The notes under the pieces: model-generated
The model's input: the letters and a program-made list of their open reading frames with translations, nothing else
Database searches by the model: none
What the model was told of the DNA's origin: nothing
Program-made: the position numbers and the translations under genes
From: Candidatus Kapaibacterium sp.
Lineage (GTDB): Bacteria; Bacteroidota; Ignavibacteria; Kapaibacteriales; WFXC01
Reading direction: 5' to 3'
Length of the DNA stretch: 64,000 nt
Assembly (NCBI GenBank): GCA_015490805.1
Contig: WFXC01000002.1
Location: forward strand, 98,437 to 162,436
Shown here: in pieces, positions 27,033-36,227 of the stretch
Position numbering within the stretch: the first letter of the stretch is position 1
How the letters are laid out: each line of letters starts with the position of its first letter

Positions 27033-28471
27033 TGCGACAGTTCCACTTTTGGGTGATCGCAGCATTCTTTGTCGCGGTTGCGCTCCCGGCAACCGGATGG
27101 TCTCAACCGCCGTCCGCAGCGTACCGGTGGGAAACAGCGCATATCTTCCAACCTGCAGCGCCATTGAGCGTCTATCAGCAACGGCGGCAGCGCTTGCTGG
27201 AACAACTGCCCGATTCTGCTTTTGCCCTTGTGTTTTCCGCCGACATCCGCAATCGTCAGAACGATGTCGATTATGAATACCGACAGAACAGCAATATGCT
27301 CTATCTGACCGGTATTCCGCAGCCCAACGTCACGCTCCTGCTGGTGCCGGGCGGTGTTGTTATTGACACGGCGAGCAACTTGCGGGTCTCTGCCGTTGTC
27401 TTTGTACCACCCCGTAAGCCGTACGCAGAGTTATGGACAGGCGTCAGGCTGGGTCCGGAGGAAATCTCAGAGATCTATGGCATTCCAGCTCTGCCGGACT
27501 CTCTGTACAGTCCCATAATCCGGCGACTACTGCAAGAACGCGCTGCGGTATACCTCGACAAATCGCCAACACCGTTTCTGAATGATCCTCTGTTTCAGCG
27601 CCGCATTTATCTGCGACGAGAGTGGCGGAAAATTCTGAAAAAGCGGTATCCCCATATCCGCCTCCGCTCCCTCCATCCGCTGCTGGCGGCAATGCGACAA
27701 ATCAAGGATTCCGCCGAAATTGCGCTGCTCCGACGTGCTGTGGCGATCACGATCGAAGGACATCGGGCAGCAATGCGGGTTGCTGCTCCCGGCATTTACG
27801 AATACCAACTGGAAAACGTAATGGAATGTACGTTCCGCGATCTGGGTGCAGAAGCGGTGGGATATCCTTCGATCGTGGGCTCTGGCCCCAATACCTGCAT
27901 TCTGCACTACAACACCAACCGCCGCAAAACGCAGGATGGCGATCTGGTTTTAATGGACTGTGGCGCAGAGTATCAGGGCTATACAGCAGACATCACCCGC
28001 ACCTTTCCGGTGAATGGCACGTTCTCGCCAGCGCAGCGAGCTCTTTATCAGTTGGTCGTCCGGGCCCAGGATTCTGCTTTTGCCCAATGCCAGCCGGGCA
28101 ATCCCTTTTCCGCTCCGCACGAAGCCGCACGGCGGGTTATCACGCAGGGACTTTTAGACCTGGGCATTATCACCGATCCAGAGCAGGTTCAGTGGTATTT
28201 CCCCCACTACACCTCGCACTTCCTGGGACTGGACGTCCACGATGTGAGCGTTTCACGAACGTTACAACCCGGAATGGTTATCACGGTAGAGCCCGGTATC
28301 TATATTCCCGAAGGTAGCCCGTGTGATCCGAAGTGGTGGAACATTGGCATCCGTATTGAAGATGACGTCCTGATTACTGACGATGGCTACGAAATTCTTT
28401 CTGCCGGCTTAGAACGGACCGTTGAAGAAATCGAAACATTGATGAGCAAAAATGCAAAAAACACCAATTAA
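27032..28471 (+). CDS. Xaa-Pro aminopeptidase (M24B, PepP-like) with a signal peptide.
   Basis: AMP_N-like region. M24 metal ligands in HYNTNRRKTQDGDLVLMDCGAEYQGYTADITRTF...HFLGLDVHD...EPG. Confidence 0.85.
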   Translation: MRQFHFWVIAAFFVAVALPATGWSQPPSAAYRWETAHIFQPAAPLSVYQQRRQRLLEQLPDSAFALVFSADIRNRQNDVDYEYRQNSNMLYLTGIPQPNVTLLLVPGGVVIDTASNLRVSAVVFVPPRKPYAELWTGVRLGPEEISEIYGIPALPDSLYSPIIRRLLQERAAVYLDKSPTPFLNDPLFQRRIYLRREWRKILKKRYPHIRLRSLHPLLAAMRQIKDSAEIALLRRAVAITIEGHRAAMRVAAPGIYEYQLENVMECTFRDLGAEAVGYPSIVGSGPNTCILHYNTNRRKTQDGDLVLMDCGAEYQGYTADITRTFPVNGTFSPAQRALYQLVVRAQDSAFAQCQPGNPFSAPHEAARRVITQGLLDLGIITDPEQVQWYFPHYTSHFLGLDVHDVSVSRTLQPGMVITVEPGIYIPEGSPCDPKWWNIGIRIEDDVLITDDGYEILSAGLERTVEEIETLMSKNAKNTN

Positions 28472-28516
28472 TCCTGCAAATTGCTGTAATTTTGTACTTC
28501 TCTGTTCACAAAAGCA

Positions 28517-29398
28517 ATGGAACAAATGACACAGAAATGGTGGTTTTCCATAAGTCTCTGGCTGCTCACCACACCGTTTGTAGCAGCACAGATCTATAGC
28601 GCATCGGTTTGCATCGAAAATCCCCGCATTGAAGCAGGAAATTTGACGTTTGAGATTACGGTGCAAAACACCGGGATTCAACCTCTATATCTGGCAGAAT
28701 GTGATTTCGTATGGAAATTCAACCAGCAACATTTTCAACCGGTTGGCGGACTAACGCTGCGCGTGCAACCAGCAGAACGATATGCAGAATACGTCTTGGA
28801 ATTGAAGAATCCACAGCATGGAATCCTAGCTCTGGCAGTTTCAGCACCGCCGCTATCTGACCCACAAGACCTGGGAAATTTGATCCCATCGATTCCTCCC
28901 GACAGAACTTCCATCATCGGAACAGTCGCAATTGGTCCCATTTCGGATGTTACGGGCAAAGCAGAACTACAGTGGAATACCGCTGAACCATTTCAGACAC
29001 TGCTCTCCACTTTTCGCGAAGATCAGCCTGATCAAATCGAATTCATTCAGGATGACGCCTTAGAACCCTGCCCCATCCCGGACATTCGATTAGAAGGTGG
29101 AGGTGGTAGAGGAAACGAGGCAACTCGACCGACCATCAAAGTTTCTCCTAATCCGATCACCGGTCGCTTCAAAATTGAAACACCCAAAGAAATGGAACTG
29201 ACTTTTACGGGTCCCTTTACCGTGTACCTGTACTCCCTCAAAGGCGGTGAAGTACACCGGTGGGAAAACCAGGAGACCAACGGCTTAGGAGAAATCCACT
29301 TAAACCTGCCCCCAACGGTCGCAACGGGAACATATTTACTGGAGCTGTGGAAAGACAACAAGCTCATCGGATCGATCCCGATAGTGGTCAAACGCTGA
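28517..29398 (+). CDS. Secreted protein of unknown function with a T9SS type-A C-terminal sorting domain.
   Basis: Signal peptide. C-terminal ~80 aa (SPNPITGRFKIE...TVYLYSLKGGEVH...TGTYLLELWKDNKLIGSIPIVVKR) fits the Por_Secre_tail pattern. Confidence 0.55.
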   Translation: MEQMTQKWWFSISLWLLTTPFVAAQIYSASVCIENPRIEAGNLTFEITVQNTGIQPLYLAECDFVWKFNQQHFQPVGGLTLRVQPAERYAEYVLELKNPQHGILALAVSAPPLSDPQDLGNLIPSIPPDRTSIIGTVAIGPISDVTGKAELQWNTAEPFQTLLSTFREDQPDQIEFIQDDALEPCPIPDIRLEGGGGRGNEATRPTIKVSPNPITGRFKIETPKEMELTFTGPFTVYLYSLKGGEVHRWENQETNGLGEIHLNLPPTVATGTYLLELWKDNKLIGSIPIVVKR

Positions 29399-29399
29399 T

Positions 29400-29684
29400 A
29401 TGGAATCGCTGAAGGCAGTTACTATTCGGGTTTACGGTCGAGTCCAGGGAGTTGGATTCCGCTATTTCATTCTGCGTAATGCTCGAGCGCTGGGTTTACG
29501 TGGTTATGTTCGCAATGAGCCCTCTGGCAACGAAGTGTTTATCTACGCCGAAGGTGAACCAGAAGCGATCGATCGGCTGATCGCCCTCGCCCGCAAAGGA
29601 CCGCTGGCAGCAAGAGTTGATCGAGTGGAAATTAACGAAGTTCCTCCATCTCACCAGTGGCAGGATTTCCAGGTGGTGTTCTGA
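29400..29684 (+). CDS. acyP: Acylphosphatase.
   Basis: VYGRVQGVGFRYF motif. 94 aa. Confidence 0.85.
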   Translation: MESLKAVTIRVYGRVQGVGFRYFILRNARALGLRGYVRNEPSGNEVFIYAEGEPEAIDRLIALARKGPLAARVDRVEINEVPPSHQWQDFQVVF

Positions 29685-29798
29685 GAATCTGTGCAGGACG
29701 CTAAACTCTGACTTCAGCCACTGGCAACCGTAAACGAAGTAGCGAATCTCCCATTCGTTGATCGATGAGATTTGAAAAGCGGAACGTTGTCGCCGATT

Positions 29799-30194
29799 CT
29801 ATCGGTCAATGTCTCTTTCGAACTGGCAAGGGGACAAAGGCGGTGGGATCCACAAATGTCGCTCCAGATCGACCCGATTTTCCTCGATAAACCGCACACC
29901 TTCCCGACGTAGCATTGTTTCCATCCACGTTGGCGTTGGAAAATACCGCCGTCCAGACAACTCTCCCCGTCGGTTTACTACCCGGTGACACGGCAAATCC
30001 CATTGTTGCTGTCGGGCTAAAGCGTTGAGCGCACACCCGACCATCCGTGCAGCAGAACCGATGCCGAGCGCGCGAGCAATATGTCCGTACGTTGTGACTC
30101 TGCCCCGTGGAATCTGTGCAACAATTGCGTAAACGCGATGAAAAAAATCAGCCTTTTCACCCGACCTTTCTTGTTCCGTCGGCTCTAACTCCAT
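29799..30194 (-). CDS. MGMT-family protein (methylated-DNA-protein-cysteine methyltransferase DNA-binding domain only, active-site Cys retained).
   Basis: TYGHIARALG...PCHRVV motif. 131 aa with no N-terminal domain. Confidence 0.7.
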   Translation of the reverse strand: MELEPTEQERSGEKADFFHRVYAIVAQIPRGRVTTYGHIARALGIGSAARMVGCALNALARQQQWDLPCHRVVNRRGELSGRRYFPTPTWMETMLRREGVRFIEENRVDLERHLWIPPPLSPCQFERDIDR

Positions 30195-30221
30195 TATTCC
30201 TCTCGGTTAGTGTTCTCTTTC

Positions 30222-32516
30222 TCAAGGCACATTTTCTTCTGACGAAGTTGCGGTCTTATCTGTTACTTGCCGTGCAGGCAAAGTTACGGTAAAGCAACTT
30301 CCCTTGCCTTCTTCACTTTCAACTGTGATTTGCCCACCGCACAGGGTAACCAGCTTATGGGCAATTGCCAATCCCAGTCCTGTTCCCTCAATGAGCTGCG
30401 CATTACGGGCACGATGGAACGGTTGAAAGATGTAGGGTAATTCTGACTTCGGAATACCAATCCCCTGATCACAGACCGTCAGGGTCAAAACATCGTCGGC
30501 ATATTGCAGGGTTATCCTCACCTCCGTACCTGGAGGTGAATACTTCAGAGCATTGGAAATAAGATTTTGCGTAACGTGGCGGAGTACTATTTTGTCTAAC
30601 TCAAGGATGGGAAACGGATCGGGCTGCAACTGGATGTGGATGATATGATCTGCATGACTGGCAGAAAAGTTTCGAACAATATCTTTCACTACCTGAGCGG
30701 CTTCTATTGGCTCCAGCAGCGGTTGGTATTTACCAGTTTCAACTTTCCCCAAGTGGATAATCTCCTCCAGCAACTCATTGAGATTTCTGCTTAAGTTCAA
30801 AATATTTTCCAGATGTTTCTGCCGATCTGCTGGCGAGAGTCGATCAAAGTAGCGTAAAAGCAGCTCTGTACTGGAAATAATCCCCGTTAGCGGCGTCCGG
30901 AACTCGTGGGAGACCAGGGAAATAAATCGAGATTTCATCATGTTGAGCTCTTGCTCTTTGAGCAGCGCTGTTTTCAAACGATCCAGTGCTGTTTCCAACT
31001 CCGCTGTTCGCTCTTCCACCTTCTCTTCCAGTGCCTGATTCAAACGCCGAAGCTCATCTTCCAATGCTTTCTGCTGGCTAATATCGTAAAACACCACTTG
31101 CGACGCTGGCTTCCCTTTCCATCGAACCGGGGTTGCCATAACAATGACTTCGAAAGCAGAACCGTCAGCGCGCAGGAATTTTTCCTCTATTGCAGGAGCA
31201 ACCTGATACCTGTGATAGACATCTTTGATCCGTTCGTGAGCTATCTGCCGGGAGTCAGGGTGGATAAATTCATACGGTGATCGCCCAATCATCGCTTCAG
31301 GACTGGGAAGAGCGAATGCCTTCGCTGCTGCCGGATTACAATACACAATTCGTCCTTCGCTATGAATGACAATGGGCACAGGCGAATGCTCTACCAAATT
31401 CCGAAATCGTTCTTCACTCTCCTGTAACTCTTGCATTCGCCGCTGTTCTTCAGTAACATCTCGCAACACTAAGACTGTTCCAATCTGATGTTCAGGTTCC
31501 AACTCTATGGCAGTACTGTAGAGCGTATAAAAGCGCTCTCCTTCCGGAGAAGAAAGCGTCAGTATCTTCTCACAGTTATACACCTTCTCCGTTGTTGCTC
31601 GTTCCAGCGCTTGTTGCAACGGCTGCAATTGCTCCTCTTGCCAGTGGAGCTTCCGCAATACACCGAAAAGCCGCTGTCCACGCAACTTATCCAGTGATTG
31701 TCCCAACAATTGTGCAGCAGCATGGTTAACCAGTTCGATTTTCTCTCCCTCAAAGAGGACCAATACTGGATCCTGAATAGCCTGCAATATAGCTTCCAGC
31801 TCCCGGTTGATACGCTCCAATTCCCGCTGATAACCAATTTGATCAGTGAGCTCTACAGCGTATCCTACCACCCAAGAGACGTTTCTATGATCATCCAGGA
31901 TAGGAAAGAAGGAACGCAGGAAGTATCGGATCTGCCCATCCGATGTCGGGAACTCCTCTATCCACGATACGACCTCCTTACTGCGCAGTGCCCTCTGAAA
32001 ATACTGCCGTCGTTGCTCAGCGATATAGAGTGGTCGCTGTCGCTCCCGCGCCCAATCGAAATCTGTTTTCCCCAAAATCCATCGCCGCACCTCCGGAGTC
32101 GGTACAGCCGTAGGACTGACATACCGATACCGATGCTGGGGATCAAATATCACGATATCCAAAGGAACCATATCAAAAATACGTCGAAAAAGCGTTAGCT
32201 CCGGCTCCGGGTAAACCTGTACCTGATGCTGCGGGAATATCATCCAATGGTAATAACGCTCACCTTTGGCAATGATCGCATAACACTGCATTCCAAAGGA
32301 AAGAGTAAAAGTACTCATCACCGGGGATCTCTGGTCAAGCTCTGCTAGTATCTGGTCAATGCGATCTCGGTCAGTTGGTAAAAGGAATTCTCGCAAATTT
32401 TGCGTCTCGGACAGCTCCCACCACCGATGATCTCCATAGTATTGGACTCGGCTCACAACACCATCTGCATCGGTCAGCACCGCTACAGCTTGCAAATTGC
32501 TGAGAATAATTTCCAT
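30222..32516 (-). CDS. Multi-PAS sensor histidine kinase (HisKA + HATPase_c). No response regulator is adjacent.
   Basis: H-box SHEFRTPL, N/G1/G2 boxes (LISNALKYS, DQGIGI, GTGLGLAI), and at least three PAS-like repeats upstream. Confidence 0.85.
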   Translation of the reverse strand: MEIILSNLQAVAVLTDADGVVSRVQYYGDHRWWELSETQNLREFLLPTDRDRIDQILAELDQRSPVMSTFTLSFGMQCYAIIAKGERYYHWMIFPQHQVQVYPEPELTLFRRIFDMVPLDIVIFDPQHRYRYVSPTAVPTPEVRRWILGKTDFDWARERQRPLYIAEQRRQYFQRALRSKEVVSWIEEFPTSDGQIRYFLRSFFPILDDHRNVSWVVGYAVELTDQIGYQRELERINRELEAILQAIQDPVLVLFEGEKIELVNHAAAQLLGQSLDKLRGQRLFGVLRKLHWQEEQLQPLQQALERATTEKVYNCEKILTLSSPEGERFYTLYSTAIELEPEHQIGTVLVLRDVTEEQRRMQELQESEERFRNLVEHSPVPIVIHSEGRIVYCNPAAAKAFALPSPEAMIGRSPYEFIHPDSRQIAHERIKDVYHRYQVAPAIEEKFLRADGSAFEVIVMATPVRWKGKPASQVVFYDISQQKALEDELRRLNQALEEKVEERTAELETALDRLKTALLKEQELNMMKSRFISLVSHEFRTPLTGIISSTELLLRYFDRLSPADRQKHLENILNLSRNLNELLEEIIHLGKVETGKYQPLLEPIEAAQVVKDIVRNFSASHADHIIHIQLQPDPFPILELDKIVLRHVTQNLISNALKYSPPGTEVRITLQYADDVLTLTVCDQGIGIPKSELPYIFQPFHRARNAQLIEGTGLGLAIAHKLVTLCGGQITVESEEGKGSCFTVTLPARQVTDKTATSSEENVP

Positions 32517-32696
32517 ACGAAAACGCCCAGCTTGAAGATACCGCTTAGCACCTCGTCTACAGGAACAGTTAGGAACGAACTAAAAGCACCCGCATTTCGT
32601 GTGTCCTACACCCCAGCAACCCGCTCTGCAACAAATCACCTGAATAACCGTATTTGTGCCCTGTTTTTCGTTTCACAAAAATAGAGAGGACCAATT

Positions 32697-34052
32697 ATGA
32701 GAAAGGGCTGGTTGTCCCGACTGCAATGGTATTTGCTTGTCAGTCTGTGTGTCATTTTGCAACTTTCTGCGCAAGATTTCCATCCCATTCAGTTTACCAC
32801 TTATACGCTTCCTAACGGTTTAGATGTGATTCTCCATCGCGACACCTCCGCACCGGTAGTGGCGACCGTGGTATACTACAAAGTTGGCTCTCGCGACGAA
32901 GATTCACGCCGAACAGGCTTTGCCCACTTTTTTGAACATCTGATGTTCTCCGGTACCAAACATATTCCTCGGGGTAAACTGGATCAGTATATCCAAGAAG
33001 CTGGTGGCGAGCTGAATGCCTTCACCTCCCAGGACGAAACGGTGTACCACCTGCGCTTGCCGGCAAACGAGTTAGCCTTAGCACTCTGGATTGAAGCAGA
33101 GCGGATGCGACAGTTGATCATCGATTCTGTCTCCGTTGAAACCCAGCGGAAGGTGGTCAAAGAAGAACGGAAAATGCGATATGAGAACTCCCCGTATGGC
33201 GGATGGTTCGAAACGATGTATGCCCACCTTTTTGCCGGCTCATCATACCAATGGACTCCTATCGGCAAATCGCAGCACATTGACAGCGCAAAGATTGAGG
33301 AATTCCAGGCATTTTATAACCGTTACTACCAGCCCGGCAATGCTATTCTGGTCGTTTCTGGCGATTTTGATCCCCAACAGGTGCGCAACCTGATTGATGC
33401 TTACTTTGGACAGTACTCCAAAGCAACGCTTCCTCCTCGAAAACCAGTGACAATCCCACCATTACGGAACGGCTATCGGGACACCATTTATGATCCAAAA
33501 GCGCAGTTGCCTGCCATTTTCATCGGATTTCGGGGACCTAGATCTGGCGATCCCGATGCCTATGCCTTAGAAATGCTGACAACCATTTTAGCCGATGGAG
33601 AAAGCTCTCGCTTTTACCGTAATCTGGTCGATAAGCAATTGGCAGTGCAGGCGACCAGCTTCCTCAGCGATCGACAATATGCCGGACTTTTGGTGATGCT
33701 GGGCATTGCTGGACCGGGACAATCGCTGGATACCATCGAGCATGCCTTGTGGCGAGAAATTCGCCGAATTCAGCGCGATGGAATCACCGAAGAAGAATTC
33801 CGCAAAGCCCGCAACATTGCGGAAGCTCGCTTTGTTTCGGGCAAGAAACAGGTATTGAGTAAAGCGCTGAGCCTCGCAACCTACAAAGCCTACTATGATG
33901 ATCCCGGCAGGATCAACACCGAATTGCAGTATTATCTCAAAGTGACGCCGGCAGACATTCAGCGCGTAGCGCAACAGTACTTTGTTCCTGAGAAAGCAGT
34001 TGTCCTCCAATACCTGCCAGCAGCAATGCAACAAACCAAACACTCAAAATAA
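32697..34052 (+). CDS. M16 family zinc peptidase, catalytic subunit (pitrilysin/insulinase-like), secreted.
   Basis: Inverted zinc motif HFFEHLMF (HxxEH) plus downstream E. Signal peptide. Confidence 0.85.
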   Translation: MRKGWLSRLQWYLLVSLCVILQLSAQDFHPIQFTTYTLPNGLDVILHRDTSAPVVATVVYYKVGSRDEDSRRTGFAHFFEHLMFSGTKHIPRGKLDQYIQEAGGELNAFTSQDETVYHLRLPANELALALWIEAERMRQLIIDSVSVETQRKVVKEERKMRYENSPYGGWFETMYAHLFAGSSYQWTPIGKSQHIDSAKIEEFQAFYNRYYQPGNAILVVSGDFDPQQVRNLIDAYFGQYSKATLPPRKPVTIPPLRNGYRDTIYDPKAQLPAIFIGFRGPRSGDPDAYALEMLTTILADGESSRFYRNLVDKQLAVQATSFLSDRQYAGLLVMLGIAGPGQSLDTIEHALWREIRRIQRDGITEEEFRKARNIAEARFVSGKKQVLSKALSLATYKAYYDDPGRINTELQYYLKVTPADIQRVAQQYFVPEKAVVLQYLPAAMQQTKHSK

Positions 34053-34071
34053 ACAAAGGGAGCAGTGAGCA

Positions 34072-36168
34072 ATGCGATGGAACTCTGGATGGAACGCGTT
34101 AGGTATACTGCTGATCACGTGTGGACTCTACGCCCAGCAGACTATTGATGTCACGAAAAGACCAGAACCTGGACCACTAACAGCAGTCCGATTCCCCGCT
34201 TTCCAGACATTGACCCTATCTAACGGCTTGAAGGTATTTGTAGTCGAAGACCACGAGCAGCCGACGATTGCATTTCGGGTGCAAATTGGTGTTGGTTCCA
34301 TTGCCGATCCACCGGGCAAAGCCGGAGCAATGGAGATGCTGGTTGATATGCTCACAAAAGGAACCAAAACTCGATCGGCGCTGGATATTGCGCAAGCGCT
34401 GGATTCTATCGGTGCTTCGCTGACAACGAGCGCTGGCGGTGATGCTATGTACGTGGTGGCATCAGGACTCAAAAAATATAGCGGGCAGATTCTTTCAGTC
34501 CTTGCCGATATTTTGCAACATCCCACTTTCCCGGAATCGGAACTTCAGAAATATAAACAACAGGTGATTGCTGGGTTGCAACACGAAAAAACTCAGCCTT
34601 TCACTATTGGGAACAAACTGGCACGCAAAATTATTTACGGCAATAATCATCCGTACGCACAAAGCCCGACAGAGGAAAGCGTCAACGCAATTACGGCTGA
34701 GGATCTACGCGCTTTGCATCAGCAATACCTTGTTCCCAATCTCATTTCGATCGCTGTCGTTGGCGATGTAACGGCACAGGAAGCGCTGCAGTGGATAGAG
34801 CAATTTTTCGGAAACTGGAACCAACACGCCGCACAGATACCGGAGGTGCCAGAACCCCACGTCGCCCCTTCGGGTGTTTATTTCATTGAGCGACCCGGTT
34901 CCGTTCAATCCACCCTCATTGCAACCGCTCCGGCTGTTCCTTATGCACATCCAGACTACGAAAAACTCCGGTTGGCTTCGGAAATGTTAGGCAGCGGCTT
35001 TGGTGGGTGGTTCTTTAAGACGCTACGGGAAACGTACGGCTATACCTATACCCCTTTTGCTTTTCTGACCCGTGCGAAGTATGCCAACCGGTTTGTTGGC
35101 GCAGCGGATGTGCGGAATCCCGTGACTGATTCCGCTCTGACGGTGATGATCGATCAAATCGTCAAATTAGGCAGTCAGGGACCAACAGCCAAAGAGCTGT
35201 ACCGCATCCAGCGCCACACGGTCGGTTCCTATCTGATGTCCTTTGAGTCCTCCTCGTTTGTTGCCTCACTTATCCAGCGGGCAGACCTGTTCGGTGAATC
35301 CTTTGAGCACCTGAAACAATTCCCGCAGCGATATATGAGCTACACTCCAGCGGACGTCCAATCGGTCGCCGCTCGCTATCTGGCGCCGGGCAACCTGCGC
35401 TTTGTCATTGTGGGCGATCCTTCGGTGCAAGCAAAGCTGGCAAATTTCGGCAACGTTTACCGCTACGATCTGGACCTGCAGCCGATCACTGACACGGCAA
35501 CGTCGGGTGAAACGATCAGCTTTTCTGTCAACGAAATTTTAGATCGTTACGAAAAAGCAGTGGGTGGGAAAGAGAACATCCAGAAGATTCATACGGTGCG
35601 AGCCACCGGTTCTATCACGATGGCAAGCGGTCCGCAACAGTTTTCCGGCACGCTGCTCAAGGAAATCAAGCGTCCCGACCAGGGACACTACAAACTCAGC
35701 CTGCCAACGTTCACGCACGAAGTATGGGTTTCCAAAGGGAAAGTGTGGGAACAGGCAATGGGACGACCGGTTCAGCAAAAAACCGGAACCGATGCCGAAG
35801 AGCTTTCCCGGAATGTCCTGTCTCTGTTCCCGCTCCTGGATCTTGCCGATGCCGGATACACGCTCCAGGTCGATGGACTGCGTGGTGGGAAAATTGCTGT
35901 GAAAGCCACATCGCCCGGCGGCAAAGTTATTCGCTACTTTGTCGATCCGGAAACATACCTGATCAGTAAAATTCAGCGAACGATTGAGAATCCGCAGGGT
36001 GGCACAACGCCAATCACGGAGGAAATTCTGGAGTACACAAACGTCAACGGCGTCCAGTTACCGAAAAAGACCCAAACCCGGGTTGGACCAATTACCATCA
36101 CTGAAGAGATTCAGCAGTACGAGATCAACATTCCACTGGAAGATCAGATCTTTCAACCCTCAGAATAA
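34072..36168 (+). CDS. M16 family peptidase-like protein, non-catalytic partner subunit with a C-terminal extension of about 250 aa.
   Basis: M16 fold-like N-terminal half (GAMEMLVDMLTKGT) with the HxxEH replaced, i.e. an inactive M16B-type partner. Follows the catalytic subunit by 20 nt. Confidence 0.7.
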   Translation: MRWNSGWNALGILLITCGLYAQQTIDVTKRPEPGPLTAVRFPAFQTLTLSNGLKVFVVEDHEQPTIAFRVQIGVGSIADPPGKAGAMEMLVDMLTKGTKTRSALDIAQALDSIGASLTTSAGGDAMYVVASGLKKYSGQILSVLADILQHPTFPESELQKYKQQVIAGLQHEKTQPFTIGNKLARKIIYGNNHPYAQSPTEESVNAITAEDLRALHQQYLVPNLISIAVVGDVTAQEALQWIEQFFGNWNQHAAQIPEVPEPHVAPSGVYFIERPGSVQSTLIATAPAVPYAHPDYEKLRLASEMLGSGFGGWFFKTLRETYGYTYTPFAFLTRAKYANRFVGAADVRNPVTDSALTVMIDQIVKLGSQGPTAKELYRIQRHTVGSYLMSFESSSFVASLIQRADLFGESFEHLKQFPQRYMSYTPADVQSVAARYLAPGNLRFVIVGDPSVQAKLANFGNVYRYDLDLQPITDTATSGETISFSVNEILDRYEKAVGGKENIQKIHTVRATGSITMASGPQQFSGTLLKEIKRPDQGHYKLSLPTFTHEVWVSKGKVWEQAMGRPVQQKTGTDAEELSRNVLSLFPLLDLADAGYTLQVDGLRGGKIAVKATSPGGKVIRYFVDPETYLISKIQRTIENPQGGTTPITEEILEYTNVNGVQLPKKTQTRVGPITITEEIQQYEINIPLEDQIFQPSE

Positions 36169-36227
36169 GAAACCTTTGCGGGACTGGCGCGCCGATTCCT
36201 CATTGGCGCCAGTCCTTTATACGAATT

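Noticed and set aside
27622-28317. 231-aa Arg/Gly/Ser-rich ORF in an alternate frame of the pepP-like gene.
   Set aside because: Same-strand out-of-frame overlap with a well-supported M24B peptidase. Its composition is typical of GC-rich off-frame translation.
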